Source: Octopus vulgaris (Eukaryota). From it: a stretch of 64,000 nt of DNA. Shown piece by piece: positions 12,344 through 24,983 of this stretch; the first letter of the stretch is position 1; each line of letters starts with the position of its first letter. Under the pieces are notes generated by a model. The model was not told where the DNA came from, ran no database searches, and saw nothing but the letters and a program-made list of their open reading frames with translations. The stretch covers positions 173,476,001 through 173,540,000 of the forward strand of contig OX597816.1 in NCBI GenBank assembly GCA_951406725.2, read 5' to 3'. Position numbers and translations under genes: made by a program.

Positions 12344-13558
12344 CATAGTCTGTAAGGTATTTGAGGACATACTTTTTTGGGGTCATTGCTGCATTTTTTG
12401 CTAACTCTGTATAATACTTGTTTCAGAAAATAATAATGGCAGACCCTCAGCTTACTCAAGAAATGAAGAGGCATGTTGTTATTGTGGTTATAAAGGCAGA
12501 GCATATCAGTATAGAAATATCTCAATTTTTAAAAGTTGCCAGATCTTTTGTCTACAAAAGTTTGCAAGGAGCTAGAGACTAAAGATGGAAACGTATCACC
12601 AGTATCAAAGTATAAAAAGCATTCTAAACAATCTGAAATCATTAAAATACCTGAATTTACCCAGCAAGTTCAACAGACTATTAGTTACAATCCCAGAAAG
12701 TCCATGAGGTCAATTGCAAAAGATGTCTATGTGTCAGAAGAAACAGTCAGAAATGTTGTCCACGAAGACATCAGATATAAGTCTTATATGATAAGAAAAG
12801 GTCAATTTGTCCGAAAAAGCAAAAGAAAGTCACTACATCAGATCTAAAAGGCTCTGAAACAAACTGAAAAATCCAGCAGAAGATTTGATTTGGTTTTTCA
12901 CAAACAAGAGTAATTTCAACCAAGATCAAAAAGTTAACAGAAGAAATTACATATGGTTGTGTGCAGACCCTTCTGAAGTTCCAAGTGTTATGCATACAAA
13001 ATTTCCTGCAACTGTCATGGTTTTAGGAGTTGTCAGCAATGAAGGACATGTGATGCCTCCTTATTTTTTTCCACAAGGCCTTAGAGTTAACTCTGCCACT
13101 CACATTGAGGTCCTGGAAATAGTTCTTAAGCCCTGGATAGACAGTGTATGGAATGGAAGGCCATATGTGTTTCAGTAAGACTCTGCACTATCACACATGG
13201 CTCTAGTAACAAAAAAGAATTGCTGGCTGAAAATTTTCATGCTCACATAACCCCTAACATTTGGCCTCCTAATTCCCCAGGTCTCAATCAATTGGACTAT
13301 TACATGTGGAACGTTGTTGAGAGAGAGGTCAATGAACATGCCCGTAACACCAAAGATTCTTTGAAAGCTGATTTGAGCATGTAGATGATTTAGGTCTCAT
13401 ATAAAAGCAGTTGTTGAAGCTGAAGATGATTTTATTGAATAACATTATAGAAAAGAAAGTTTATTTTTATTCTCATAGCATTTTTTGATAAATAAAGATA
13501 TTATCTGTTATTATATATGTTTTTTTATAAACATAAATCTGTCCTCAAATATCTTACA

Positions 13559-13565
<7 letters not shown>
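12344..13565 (+). mobile_element. Tc1/mariner-superfamily transposon, DD37D (maT)-like, with TIRs
   Basis: TKFPATVMVLGVVSNEG..YVFQ*DSA..WPPNSPGLNQLDY. Imperfect TIRs TGTAAGGTATTTGAGGACA / TGTCCTCAAATATCTTACA flanked by TA. Confidence 0.88.
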
Positions 13566-13651
<86 letters not shown>

Positions 13652-13654
<3 letters not shown>

Positions 13655-14511
13655 TCATCATCATCATCATCATTAACGTCCGCTTTCCATGCTAGCATGG
13701 GTTGGACGGTTCACTGGGGTCTGGGGAGCCCGAAAGCTGCACCAGTCCAGTCAGATCTGGCAGTGTTTCTACAGCTGGATGCCCTTCCTAACGCCAACCA
13801 CTCCGAGAGTGTAGTGGGTGATTTTATGTGCCACCGACACAGGTGCCAGACGAGGCTGGCAAACGGCCACGCTCGGATGGTGTTTTTTATGTGCCACCGA
13901 CACAGGTGCCAGACGAGGCTGGCAGACGGCCACGCTCGGATGGTGTTTTTATGTGCCACCGACACAGGTGCCAGATGAGGCTGGCAAACGGCCACGATCG
14001 GATGGTGTTTGTTACGTGCCCACAGCACGGAGGCCAGTCGATCTGGTACTGGCTACGGCCACGTTCGGATGGTTTTCTTGTGTGCCACGTGCCACCGGCA
14101 CTGGTACCACAAAGATACAAATTCCATTGATGTTCATCTATTTTGATTTGTTTTGATTTTCACTTGCCTCAACAGGTCTTCACAAGTGTCACAAGAAGGA
14201 AGGTATGCACAGGTGGACTGACTACGTCCCAGGTAGGGGCCACAGGTTATGGCCTGACTAGTCTTGCCAGGTCTTCGGATGGTGTTTTTATGTGCCACCG
14301 ACACAGGTGCCAGATGAGGCTGGCGAACGGCCACGATCGGATGGTGTTTGTTACGTGCCCACAGCACGGAGGCCAGTCGGTGCGGTACTGGCTATGGCCA
14401 TGTTCGGATGGTTTTCTTGTGTGCCACTGGCACTGGTACCACAAAGGTACAATTCCATTAATGTTCATCTATTTTGATTTGTTTTGATTTGATTTGATTT
14501 GATTTGTTTTG

Positions 14512-14515
<4 letters not shown>
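13652..14515 (-). mobile_element. RTE 3'-tail element with VNTR and ~200-bp internal duplication
   Basis: (CAT)n start and GTGCCACCGACACAGGTGCC units. ~13955-14155 is repeated at ~14275-14490. Ends in (GATTT)n. Confidence 0.85.
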
Positions 14516-14558
<43 letters not shown>

Positions 14559-14559
<1 letters not shown>

Positions 14560-14938
14560 GAGGCGCAATGGCCCAGTGGTTAGGGCAGCGAACTCGCAGT
14601 CGTAGGATCGCGGTTTCGATTCCCAGACCGGACGTTGTGAGTGTTTATTGAGCGAAAACACCTAAAAGCTCCACGAGGCTCCGGCAGGGATGGTGGTGAT
14701 CCCTGCTGTACTCTTTCACCACAACTTTCTCTCACTCTTACTTCCTGTTTCTGTTGTACCTGTATTTCAAAGGGCCAGCCTTGTCACTCTCTGTGTCACG
14801 CTGAATATCCCCGAGAACTACGTTAAGGGTACACGTGTCTGTGGAGTGCTCAGCCACTTACACGTTAATTTCACGAGCAGGCTGTTCCGTTGATCGGATC
14901 AACCGGAACCCTCGTCATCGTAACCGACGGTGTGCTTC
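14559..14938 (+). mobile_element. tRNA-derived SINE family C inside (TA)n
   Basis: A-box TGGCCCAGTGG and B-box-like GGTTTCGATTCCC. Second copy at 50828-51082. Confidence 0.85.
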
Positions 14939-14944
14939 TATCTA

Positions 14945-14980
<36 letters not shown>

Positions 14981-14986
<6 letters not shown>

Positions 14987-15244
14987 GTCTGGGGAGAGTC
15001 ATTTTCTTTTTGTGCCTTATTATGTTACACACTCACCGGTAAAATTTCCACTTTTTTCTTATTTTTATTGTCCTAAAATTTTCGCTGCATCTTGCAACCT
15101 TTTCAATAGAGAGTCAAAACTATTGAAAAGATTGCAAGATGCAACGAAAATTTTAGGAAAATAAAAATAAGAAAAATGTGGAAATTTTACCGGTGTGTTA
15201 CATAATATGGCACAAAAAGAAAATGACTCTCCCCAGACACAACA
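14981..15244. repeat. Long inverted repeat (~125-bp arms, 10-nt loop), Penelope-terminal-like
   Basis: TGTTGTGTCTGGGGAGAGTC..CAATAG pairs with CTATTG..GACTCTCCCCAGACACAACA. Confidence 0.9.
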
Positions 15245-15302
15245 GAACAAGGTTCAACACACGAACTCATATAAAGAATCTAGCAAACCAAATCCCAAAA
15301 CG

Positions 15303-15351
<49 letters not shown>

Positions 15352-15969
15352 CATACATACATATATATATGTGTATATATATACACCTGCACACACATAT
15401 TTTTTTATTTATATATACATACATGTATACATACATACATACATACACAATAACAACATCATACACTATTTGTTCTAAGTAATTTGGCTGCTGTTTCTAG
15501 CATGTCTCACTATCACACAGTGACTCCCTCCTTGAGTTAGGTCAGTATATTTAGCCTGATTTTGCAGGTGGAGTGGCAAGTGAAATGCTAAAAGTTGTTT
15601 ATGGTTTTCTCTTTTGGCTGCATTGTTGATTTTATACAACCTTTAGATCAAAGTTGGCACCATTAACTTGAAAATGAATAAACAGCTTCCTATGAATGAT
15701 TTATAGACTACGCATGTCACAATATATCTTTTATCTTTTCTTTTATCTTTTAATTGTTTCCGTTATTTGACTGCACTCATACTGGATCACTGCCTTGGAG
15801 GGTTTTTGTTGAACAAATCAACCCCAGGACTTATCTTTTTAAGCCTAGCACTTGTTTTATCAGTCTCTTTTCATGAACCATTAAGTTACAGGGACATAAC
15901 CACACCAACACCAGTTGACCACAAAGACACATATACATAGATATATATACATATATATATAATAATATA

Positions 15970-16022
<53 letters not shown>

Positions 16023-16077
16023 TATATACATACATATATGTACATACCTACATCTATACCTATATATATAAGCACAT

Positions 16078-16838
16078 GTGGGCACAGAACATCATGAAAC
16101 ATGTACAACAAAAAATATGAAGCACGAGTACATGGAACATGAACTATTCTTTCGAACAACAAAAGACACAAATGGAAAACAAAACAAACAACATAAAGAA
16201 CGACCCTTCATCAGTTGTTGGCTGTTTTTTCTAGTCTTGTATTTTGAGCATTTAACAACAATATACGCTTTTGATAAAACAGTTGCTCCTGCAAAGCACA
16301 TTAAATAAATTTTAGGATTTTTGCGGAGAGTCAAAATAGGTAACATAAACAGGACAATGTAAACAAACGAGAAGGGCTGCTAAGCCTAAATGAGGTTGTG
16401 GTGGTGAATGCGTAAATCAAGCGTGAACAGGAGACAAACATGAATATGTCTTCCTTGTTCCAGCTACAACAGAGAGAAAGAAAGAAACACAAGTTAGGAG
16501 AAGAAAGATGGCCGATGGTCATGTGGGAGCCACGTGAGCAAGGGAGGAGGTGTGAAGGAGAGAGAGTGACAGAGTAATAGGAAAGAATAGTGGGTGAAGA
16601 GGAGGTAAAAGAATAAGAGAGAGAAAGAGAGAAAAACAAAAGAGTAAAAAGATTGTATAGAGTGTGCATCAAAATACAAGACTAGAAAAACAGCCAAGAA
16701 CTGATGAAGGGTCGTTCTTTATGTTGATTGTTTTGTTTTCCCTTTGTGTCTTTCGTTGTTCGAAAGAATAGTTCATGTTCCATGTACTTGTGTTTTGTAT
16801 TTTTTTGTTGTACACGTTTCATGACGTCCTCTGCCCAC
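16078..16838. repeat. Inverted repeat, ~170-bp arms (16078-16247 and 16669-16838) with ~420-bp spacer
   Basis: ACGACCCTTCATCAGTT..CTAGTCTTGTATTTTGA pairs with TCAAAATACAAGACTAG..AACTGATGAAGGGTCGT. Confidence 0.85.
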
Positions 16839-17009
16839 TTCCTGTCCCGATCCTTCACCTGTTTCCAGGCAAAGTAATATTTCCCTTTAGGCCAGACATG
16901 TTTTTGCAGAATATTGGGAATGAATGAGACTGCTTATCTGACGGTAACATTCATTCACAACTACCACATGTTGTCAAAACAAGGAGGCACACACGCACAC
17001 ACACACACG

Positions 17010-17057
<48 letters not shown>

Positions 17058-17884
17058 ACTTCCTTTGCCACCCATCCAACACTCCCAACATGACACTTCC
17101 TTACTATTATGTGTTCACTGAATGCCCTTTTGCTTGAACACTGCCTTCTCAGTATGCCCCACAACCACTATTCCTGATCTGCATCTCTTTCACTATGCAT
17201 CTTCTCTCTCCTTGACACTTCACTCTCCTATTTCTCATCTATTTATAGCTTTACTATACTTTTGCTTTCCATCACTACTCCTTTTTTTTTATGTATGTGT
17301 TACCACCAATCACCTTCTCCACGACTCCTTCCTATTTTCCTTACACTCCCCCAAACTGAGACTCAGCATTGCTCACACCTCCATTCATGTTCACCATTCA
17401 CCGTTTTCACTTGTCCTCATTCTCCTTTCACACTTTCATGAACCTTACACACAAACCTACCTATCCATCCAGCCATCCTTAATTCTGTGCTCCTATTCTC
17501 TCTATCCATGTTTGTGTATATCCTGACACCTCATCTCCACTATCCTTACTCTTTCCTGTGGGGATACCCACAAATCTCCTCCACAGCAAGACATCTGTTC
17601 TTGTCCCTCTTTCCTACTTTAGCCACTCTACACTTTTAGCACAAAACCACCTCCCTGCATCCCCACTCTGTCAAGGGATCTTGCAAAATTCACTGATGTC
17701 ACAAAGCAAAGCACCCAGTACACTCCTTAAAGTGGTTGGTAAAGCTTCTGTTATTGATTTAAGTTATTGGGTATTGTTTCATGAGTAATACACATTTAAG
17801 TTCTTAAAGCCCTTTCGTCTGGATTTTAGAATTGGATATAACTGTGCAGATTCATCTTGCCTGGTTGTCTTTATTTTTGTGAGT

Positions 17885-18315
17885 CTCTCTTTACTCTCTC
17901 TTTTACTCTTTTACTTGTTTCAGTCATTTGACTGTGGCCATGCTGGAGCACCGCCTTTAGTCGAGCAAATCGACCCCGGGACTTATTCTTTGTAAGCCCA
18001 GTACTTATTCTATCGGTCTCTTTTGCCGAACCGCTAAGTGACGGGGACGTAAACACACCAGCATCGGTTGTCAAGCGATGCTAGAGGGACAAACACAGAC
18101 ACACACACACACATACATACATATATATGACACACATACATACATATATACGACAGGCTTCTTTCAGTTTCCGTCTACCAAATCCATTCACAAGGCATTG
18201 GTCGGCCCGGGGCTATAGCAGAAGACACTTGCCCAAGATGCCACGCAGTGGGACTGAACCCGGAACCATGCGGTTGGTTAGCAAGCTACTTACCACACAG
18301 CCACTCCTGCACCTA
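17885..18315 (-). mobile_element. SINE family A
   Basis: Near-identical to the other copies. Confidence 0.9.
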
Positions 18316-18548
18316 TTTGTCTGTTGATTTGTGATTAAAATGTTCAACAAGTTTAATTGTTTTTGACTATATTTCATTGTAAATTGGATTCTGTTGTTTC
18401 AACATCATCATCATCATTAAATATCCATTTTCCATGCTGGCATAGGTTGGACGGTTTGACAGAGGTTGGCTAAGCAGAAGACTGCACCAGGTTTCACAAT
18501 CTGTTTTGGCAGGGTTTTTACAGCTGGATGCCCTTCTTAACACCAACC

Positions 18549-18779
18549 TATTTCTTTATTACCCACAAGGGGCTAAACATAGAGGGGACAAACATGGACA
18601 GACATAGGTATTAAGTCGATTATATCGACCCCAGTGCTTAACTGGTACTTAATTTATCGACCCCAAAAGGATGAAAGGCAAAGTCGACCTCGGCGGAATT
18701 TGAACTCACAACGTAACAGCAGCCGAAATACCGCTAAGCATTTCGCCCGACGTGCTAACGATTCTGCCAGCTCGCCACC
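18549..18779 (-). mobile_element. SINE family B nested in an old RTE-tail element
   Basis: Minus strand starts GGCGAGCTGGCAGAA and contains GAGTTCAAATTCC. Flanking duplication CCTTCTTAACAYCAACC. Confidence 0.88.
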
Positions 18780-19080
18780 TTCTTAACATCAACCACCTTA
18801 CAGAGTGGATTGAGTGCTATTTACATGGCACCAGTACCAGCCAGGTCTGTTTTAATATGGTTTTTACAGTTGGATGCCCTTCCAAACACAACCACTTTAC
18901 AGTATGGACTGGATGCACCAGCACTGATGAGGTCACTGACTAATTTGCAAGACAAAGATCCTCTGAGAGAGGGGGAGGCATTGGAGGAGGTGGCCTTGTT
19001 CCAGGAGATGAAAGGTTAGAGTGTGACAGAAGGACAGGAACAGTTATCATGCTGTCGAGGAGATACATGGTTGCCCAGTC

Positions 19081-19810
19081 AGAGAGAGAGAGAGAGAGTG
19101 ATCAAGAATGTGTGTGTGTGAGAGAGAGAGAAAGAGTGATCAAGAATGTGTGTGTGAGAGAGAGAGAGAAAGAGTGATCAAGAATGTGTGTGAGAGAGAG
19201 AGAGAGAGAGTGATCAAGAATGTGTGTGAGCGAGAGAGAGAGAGAGTGATCAAGAATGTGTGTGTGAGAGAGAGAGAGAGAGTGATCAAGAATGTGTGTG
19301 AGAGAGAGAGAGAGAGTGATCAAGAATGTGTGTGTGTGAGAGAGAGAGTGATCAAGAATGTGTGTGAGAGAGAGAGAGAGAGAGTGATCAAGAATGTGTG
19401 TGTGAGAGAGAGAGAGAGTGATCAAGAATGTGTGTGAGAGAGAGAGAGAGAGAGTGATCAAGAATGTGTGTGAGAGAGAGAGAGAGAGAGTGATCAAGAA
19501 TGTGTGTGTGAGAGAGAGAGAGAGTGATCAAGAATGTGTGTGTGTGAGAGAGAGAGAGAGTGATCAAGAATGTGTGTGAGAGAGAGAGAGAGAGTGTGAT
19601 CAAGAATGTGTGTGAGAGAGAGAGAGAGAGAGTGATCAAGAATGTGTGTGTGAGAGAGAGAGAGAGAGAGTGATCAAGAATGTGTGTGAGAGAGAGAGAG
19701 AGAGAGTGATCAAGAATGTGTGTGTGAGAGAGAGAGAGAGAGTGATCAAGAATGTGTGAGAGAGAGAGAGAGAGAGAGTGATCAAGAATGTGTGTGTGAG
19801 AGAGAGAGAG
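19081..19810. repeat. Compound minisatellite [GTGATCAAGAA(TG)n(AG)n], about 22 units
   Basis: Invariant core with variable dinucleotide lengths. Confidence 0.95.
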
Positions 19811-19959
19811 AGAGTGTGGAAGAGAACAAGAGGATGAGAGTACTTGTACTCTCATCCTCTTGTTCTCTTCCACACTCTCTCTCTGAGTGGAAGAGAAATA
19901 GTGGTGAAGTTCCAGGACGTACCCTCAAGGTACTGTATGGTTTTTATGGGTTCCAGGTG

Positions 19960-21600
19960 GTGAATAGGTATTTATGGAAATTATTACTTAATTTTAATCT
20001 GAAGTATTTGTATGTATATTTAGACTTCTCAGTATATCATAACAAAATTAACATAGTGAGTTGGGGTGCTACTTTTCTGCCAATCACAGTCTCAGATATT
20101 TGTCAAGAGATGCTGTTGTTGGAAGTGAAAAAGTTATTTTATAGGATGAACTTCAATTTTTGAATGATAAACCTTTTCCCAATTCATTCAGGTCAGTTGT
20201 TTGGGAATTTTTCCAGCCAGAATTGTATGGCTTCTGTTTCATATTCATGTCAAACTGTGGTGTAGAGATTTACTACATCAAATAAGACAAACAGAGTATT
20301 TGTGTCGGTTTTATCTGTGAGATTGTGAAGCATACAATATGCCTTAGGAGGGGTTTTAGAAGTATATCAGTAAAGTTACCTTATGTGTTTCACAAGTGCA
20401 ACTGCTACAATTGGTTTTAATTTGAGATCTTTGGGATGTGATTTTTTTTTTTATTTTTTGTACTTGTTTCAGTCATTTGACTGCGGCCATGCTGGAGCAC
20501 CACCTTTAATCAAGCAACTCGACCCCGGGACTTATTCTTTGTAAGCCCAGTACTTATTCTATCGGTCTCTTTTGCCGAACCGCTAAGTGACGGGGACATA
20601 AACACACCAGCATCGGTTGTCAAGTGAATGCTGGGGGACAAACACAGACATACAAACATACACGCACACACACACACACATATATATATACACATATATA
20701 TACATATATACGACGGGCTTCTTTCAGTTTCCGTCTACCAAATCTACTCACAAGGCTTTGGTCGGCCCGAGGCTATAGTAGAAGACACTTGCCCAAGGTG
20801 CTACGCAGTGGGACTGAACCCGGAACCGTGTGGTTGGTAAACAAGCTACTTACCACACAGCCACTCCTGCACCTATTAGATTGTCATTATTTTAGATTGT
20901 TAGTAATTGTTTACCTTTTCATAATAGGTGTTTTCACAAAGTACAGATACCGCAGTATTTCGTAATGTTCTGAGTCTATAATGGCCTCAGCACTATCTTT
21001 ATCTGGTTCTTTAGTAACTATATTATGATGATTCTTAAGATCATTGATGATTTCCCATTCTTTACAGTTGATATTTGACTTGAATTTTGGAAGTGGTAGC
21101 CCATAATAGGAAAAAGTGGTTACAAATTACAGAATTTGATGCTATCTTTTTCTGGACTGTAATTATGTGTTGGGGTGGATTTTAGCCCTTTGAGAGAATT
21201 TGAATTTGTTGGGTTGACAGGGTTTTGTATGATAGATTTATTACCTTTAGAATCTTACAGTGAGACTGACATTTAATGTCTTGAATTCTAGCCACAGTGT
21301 TAACAAAAAAATATTCCTTTGAATATCATGGTTGAAGACATCAGTACTTGTGTTGTAATTAATTGTGTTTATTACAGGTTCTTGGTTGTAGCTAGTCCTG
21401 CCTAAAGTTGTTATTACGATTATAATTTCTGGTGTGTTGTGTCCTAGAAAACCTCTGTTGCATACGTGTAAAAATTTTTGATGAACTTTCTTTGGCATTG
21501 TTGTCTGAGCTTTCTCCTTTTATTCTTTCTCTCAATTTGCTCCACATGGCTGAGTCTCTTCTTAATGTCATTATACAAATGTTATAAAATATTAATGTAT
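19960..21600 (-). mobile_element. Decayed Penelope-like retroelement RT region, split by a SINE
   Basis: Minus: VINLSYKTLSTQQIQILSKGLKSTPT, DLKNHHNIVTKEPDKDSA, FDVVNLYT..EAIQFWLEKFP, NNFFTSN..QISETVIGRKVAP. These resemble PLE motifs (LLSKGLKF.P, KPADKG, GTAMG). Confidence 0.75.
20460..20876 (-). mobile_element. SINE family A
   Basis: Sequence match. Confidence 0.9.
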
Positions 21601-21676
21601 CTTGCAGTATTAGAAATGCCAAATATAAGATAAAACGAAATTATGCAATGCTATTTCATCATTTATATACCATTGT

Positions 21677-22200
21677 CATCATCATCATCATTTAGCGTCC
21701 GCTTTCCATGCTAGCATGAGTTGGACAGTTCAACTGTGGTCTGTGAAGCCAGAAGGCTGCATCAGGCCCAGTCTGATCTGGCAGTGTTTCTACAGCTGGA
21801 TGCCCTTCCTAATGCCAACCACTCCGTGAGTGTAGTGGGTGCTTTTTACGTGCCACCCGCACAGGTGCCAGACGGAGCTGGCAACGGCCACGATCGAATG
21901 GTGCTTTTTACGTGCCACCAGCACAGGAGCCAGGTGAGACTGGCAACGGCCATGAACGGATGGTGCTTTTTACGTGCCACCGGCACGGGGGCCAGGCGAG
22001 GCTGGCAATGGCCACGAACAGATGGTGCTTTTTACGTTCCACCGGCACAGAGGCCAGTTGGGGTGGCGCTGGCAACGGCCACGATCGGATGGTTTGCTTA
22101 CTTGTCACCGGCACTGGTATCACAGCTGCAATTTCCATTGATGTTGATTGACTTCGATTTTGGTTCTGCTTTCTGATATCTGATTTGATTTGGTTTGATT
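21677..22200 (-). mobile_element. RTE 3'-tail element with VNTR
   Basis: (CAT)n start and four or five GTGCTTTTTACGTGCCACC units. Confidence 0.85.
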
Positions 22201-22349
22201 TTGATTTTGATTTATATATTTTGATTTTGATTGTATGTTATACAAATTAACTTTTTAATGGATTTATTAAATATCTAGCAAATAATTAGTTTTTATCATT
22301 ATATCAAAACATATTGATAAAAATACTAAATTTCCTTTGTACTGATACT

Positions 22350-23520
22350 TTTAGACAGGACTCTGTCTTTTGTATCTTGTATCACTTCCTACTCAAAGCT
22401 GCTACACTTTTTGGTCCTTTGACTCAGCACAGTCCATCAGCTTGCACAGATGTAGCAGCTAAGCTGTTTATTCTAGATGGGTCACTATTGCAATAGAGGC
22501 ACATCTTTCTATAATGATGCAAAGCCACTTAAGTGTTTTGTGACTGTAAGAGGGAAGGGACAAGTGTTTATTGAAGTCTAAGGCAACCAGATGGATGATA
22601 TGGGAGGGGTACCAAGTGTGTCCTAATCACCAACTCAGGGGTAACATGTTTCTCCATCTGCTTTGAGAAAGCGGGTTTGCGGTAATTGTCTAACATGATG
22701 TAAGGACCACTGGCTGTCAAACCAGGGTGGAGACAGGGATAGAGGTGAGTGTAACAATCAGCACCTGAGGTCATTCAGTCATTGATATTATATGGTAATA
22801 ATATTTTTATCTTTTATTTTTTATTTGTTTCAGTCATAAGACTGCAGCCATGCTGGGACACAGCCTTGAAGAATTTTTTTTGTCAAATGAATCAACCCAG
22901 TACATTTTTTTTAAGACTGCTACTTATTCTATCTGTCTCTTTTTGCTGAGCTGCTAAGTTATAGGGACATAAGCACACCAATACTAGTTGTCAAGTGGCG
23001 TTGGGAGATAAACACAGATACAAAGACACACACACACACACATACATATGACGGGCATCTTTCAGTTTCTGTCTATCAAATCCACTCACAAGGTCTTGAT
23101 CAGCCTGAGGCTATAGTAGTAGACACTTGCCCAAGGTGCCATGCAGTGGGACTACAGCTGAAACTATATGGTTGGGACGCAAGCTTCCATGTAGCCACAT
23201 CTGTAATTACATTTAAAAATCCTGTTTCTTGGTGAGAATAAAAACTATCTCCCTGGAGCCAATGAAACACCTGATCACCTACTAATTTGATGTGTTCACC
23301 TGATTGGTAAGTGATCAGGTGACTGACTGGCTTCCTGAAGTTTATTGCAAGTGGTTTGATCAGCTGCATCAGAAATCTCCAAGAACCTTCTTCATTCCTG
23401 CCCAACATAGTCGTGAAAATCATAGTAATGAAGTTGCTGTCATTTGTTATGGAAGTAGTCTGCAGAAGGTTCTCATGAAAGCAGTACTGCTGTTCATCTG
23501 CCAACTCTGACTATGGTGCT
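22350..23520 (-). mobile_element. Highly decayed CR1/L2-like LINE RT remnant containing a diverged SINE A (22815-23200)
   Basis: DEQQYCFHEN..LGRNEE resembles QYGFR..ALDISKAF. The SINE blocks are recognisable. Confidence 0.45.
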
Positions 23521-24695
23521 TATGCAGTGATAAATTCCGCAGTCATATCTATAACTAGCCTAAGTTTAATTATTCTATTATATTCCGCACGCATGTGTGT
23601 GTGTGTGTGTGCCTCTGTGTGTGTGTGTGCGTGTGTGCGCATGTGTGTGTGTGTGTGTGCATGTTTGCATGTGATACTTTTTAGAAAGTGCATCACTAGA
23701 AAACAAAATCTAGTACAACCATAAAATTTGTAGTGCTGCTGATGTTGATGACGGTGGTGGCTGTGGGGATGGTAGAGTTGATGGAATTGATAGTGGTATT
23801 GATAGAGTAAGATGAAGGGGTGCTAAGCTGGTGTAGTGTAGTTGTTGTGGTCATGCTATGCTAGTGGTAGTTGTAGTGCTGACACATTTTTGACCTGCGA
23901 CGGATGGTGACGTCATTGTTTGTCATATTGAAGTCAGTGGAAGAGGTGACAGCACTCCTGTGGGTAAATGGTTTGATGAGGAGTAACCATGGATAATGGT
24001 GGTAATGGTAGTTATGCATTCAGAAACCCCATTTCCCCCAGCCACCCACATATTTTTTTCAAGCTGAATAATACAAATGTCCCCCCATGATAACCTCACT
24101 ATAGAAGGTCAGGTTGTAATGAGATCTTATTCACTGTTGTTGTCATTATTGCAAAGCAAGATTTCTCACATTTGGCACAAAACCAAAACTTGGTAAGAGA
24201 GGCTTTTGATTGATTAAATTGATTCCAAGTTCTGTGGTGCAAATGCTATCATTAACCCCAAGATGGATGAAAGATGAAAGTCAACCAAAGGTGCTTTTGG
24301 AACTCCTTAATACACACAGCACAGCTAAATCTTGTAATACATTATTAGGTCAGCATTCTACGTTGTATTATTCTACCTTCGTACTACCTTTATTGTTCAA
24401 ATAACAATATTAATAATGACTGCGAATGAATATCAGATCTCTCTGCGCTCAGCTGCAGCTGCTGCTGTTGCTGCTGTTGCTGCTGTTGTTGGTGGTGGTG
24501 GTGGTGGTAGTGGTTGATGGTGGTGGTGAAAAAACAAAAATAGATAAAAAAAAATTAAAGAAATAAAACAAAATGATTTATTGAAGATGGATATAATTCT
24601 ATTTAGAAGTTACTTAAAACAGAGTAATATCAGGACAAGTCCAAATTGTGGTCCTAAGTAAATCTACTAATACTGCTATTGCTGCTAATAATTCG

Positions 24696-24750
<55 letters not shown>

Positions 24751-24983
24751 TGTGTATATATATATATATATAAAGCAGATGAGCAATAATAGACTAACTC
24801 TTTGTTTTTGTGTATGCTAGCTTTTCCTATGCTGACATCATTTCCAGCCCACACCACTTCAACTATAATCACATAAAGGTGAACAGCAGAGTGTGTTAAA
24901 TGGTTTCAGTTTCATTCTTCACAGAGTGACATGTTCTCCTCCAAGGTTCACCTTCTGTAACCATGTTACCTCCAATGATGCAT

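Noticed and set aside
14559-14632. tRNA gene
   Set aside because: The tRNA-like head continues into a SINE body, has a second dispersed copy, and lacks a clean acceptor stem.
19081-19810. CRISPR-like repeat/spacer appearance
   Set aside because: Spacers are only (TG)n(AG)n, the core is 11 nt, there are no cas genes and the context is eukaryotic.
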